From Eukaryota sp. TZLM1-RC (taxonomy: Eukaryota; Protista; Metamonada: BaSk clade): a DNA stretch of 64,000 bases. The stretch's first letter is position 1; each line of letters begins with the position of its first letter. The position numbers were made by a program, and so were the translations under genes. The stretch spans positions 1 through 64,000 of the forward strand of contig JAUPSS010000006.1 in the NCBI GenBank assembly GCA_040285825.1, written 5' to 3'. Shown piece after piece: positions 62,435-64,000 of the stretch. The notes beneath the pieces were generated by a model. That model worked only from the letters and a program-made list of their open reading frames with translations. It was not told where the DNA came from and ran no database searches.

Positions 62435-62577
62435 TAAACTTGACTTTTTTCTTTAGGTTCTATTTGAATTATTTCGTCTTTTTTAATATTGTTTTATTCG
62501 ATTAATAAATTTGTTTTTTCAATTTCTTCATATTTTAACAATTAAACCATCAATTACTTACCAAATATTGTAATCGT

Positions 62578-62634
62578 ATTTATTGAATTTGCACACTTGA
62601 TTAAATTAAATCATAACTAATGGGACGACTATCA
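62578..62634 (-). mobile_element. Isolated family B 3' UTR
   Basis: 57 bp identical to 34022-34078. Confidence 0.8.
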
Positions 62635-62823
62635 AATATTTCAAGTCTATCACTTGTCAATTCAACCCTAATGATCAGAGTCACCAAATTTTCTTCAATG
62701 ATTAAGGGTGATTTATGTGGTGATTTTTATAAATCATTTGATGATTCCAATCAAACTATTATGGATTTCACAACTGATTTACCCTTGTGTTGGCAGAAGT
62801 ACTTTGAAAATTTCTCAAAATGA

Positions 62824-63979
62824 TTGTACCTCGAAAACCTTGAAGAAAATGTTTTGGAATTAAGTTTTGAATCTTTTAAAGTATTTCAAGAATTAAAAAA
62901 CAAAAAAATAAGCATTTGGTTATTAAATTGTTTGAAAGTAAATTGTTTTGATTGGAATATTGATCAATTTAGTGAAATTTTAAATGGCTTTGATTTAAAA
63001 TTATTTAATCCACAAGAAATTCAAGAATTATTTATTAAACCATTGAATTCAATTGAAAAGTTCATTTTGGTAATTAGTAAGTTTAATAATGAAATTGTTG
63101 TGCCTTTATTAACTGAACAATTTGAAAATGTTATTAGTGAAAAGGATCAAAAAAATTGAAGAATTAACTAGAAATAATTCCAATTTAAATCAACAATTAG
63201 GTGAAAAAGATGAATTAAATAGCCAATTAACCACTCAAATTCAAGAATTAAAAAGTGAATTGCAATTTAAAAATCAAATAATTCAATCAAATTTACCATT
63301 AATTAGGGTTTGTTTGTGGGCTCATTCAAATCTTCATAATGACATTACCCAAAAAATTCAAAAAGGATTTAGGCAAAATTGGCCTAATCTTGAGGTACAA
63401 ATTACTTTTACTAATCAACCAAATTTAAACAACATTGATAATTTTGATGTTGTTTTGTACAATACTACTGGTTTAACCATTCAAGCCACACTACTAGAAC
63501 AAATAGTAGAAGCTGGCAAGGGTTTGGTATTGTTTAGTAGTAGTGGAGATTACATCAAGGGTAACTTTAAATATGGAGCATTCAAGGGTTTGGTATTGTT
63601 TAGTAGTAGTGGAGATTACATCAAGGGTAACTTTAAATATGGAGCATTCAAGGGTTTGAGTGGTACTAAACCATTTGGCTCTGTCATTGAACTTGGTAAC
63701 TCTAACCAGGATGATTTAATTATGAAATCAGTAAACTGTTTTTCTTGTAAGTATGGTGCAAAATACACTTCCATCAACCCTGATTTTCAAACAGTTGTTA
63801 CCTTGAAAAATGGTATTCCTTTGGTGTTGAAGAGTGAATATAACAAAAGTAGAGTGGTGGATTTTGCTTCAGATGGTCATAGTACTGATGGTGGTCCTTT
63901 TGGTGGATGGAAAAGCTCCACAGATGGTCATTTATTGCTAGCAAATTCAGTAGTTTGGGTTTGTGGAAGGGATGACTAG
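62824..63979 (+). pseudogene. Tandem paralog of the BTB gene 3' half, lacking the BTB domain and carrying an internal 66-bp duplication
   Basis: High identity to 61358-62434; frameshift near 63155. Confidence 0.7.
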
Positions 63980-64000
63980 TAAACTTGACTTTTTTCTTTA

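Overview
AT-rich, intron-poor eukaryotic DNA, probably from a protist. A 31-nt GTATGT...CAG intron hints at a metamonad-like host, but that is inference. Positions 1-~21,980 are a head-to-tail array of about 45 copies of a ~460-bp unit with a hairpin-rich, conserved core. One unit is interrupted by a 5'-truncated restriction-like-endonuclease (RLE) non-LTR retrotransposon with an intact ORF and a clean 12-bp target-site duplication (TSD). This is the best candidate for a new system: a CRE/R2-type element targeting an unidentified, possibly ncRNA, tandem repeat. The remaining 42 kb mixes host genes with transposons. Host genes are PP2A B'' subunit, YJU2/CWC16, a COMM-like gene, tRNA-Glu(TTC), a Cys-rich secreted protein, two inverted B-box-SPRY paralogs, BTB/ThuA-like paralogs and several hypotheticals. 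Transposons include fragments of at least four further CRE-like families (labelled A-D here, some nested) and a young Ty3/Gypsy LTR element with identical 156-bp LTRs and an extra upstream ORF. Homopolymer-length noise suggests a long-read assembly, so many frameshifts may be sequencing errors.
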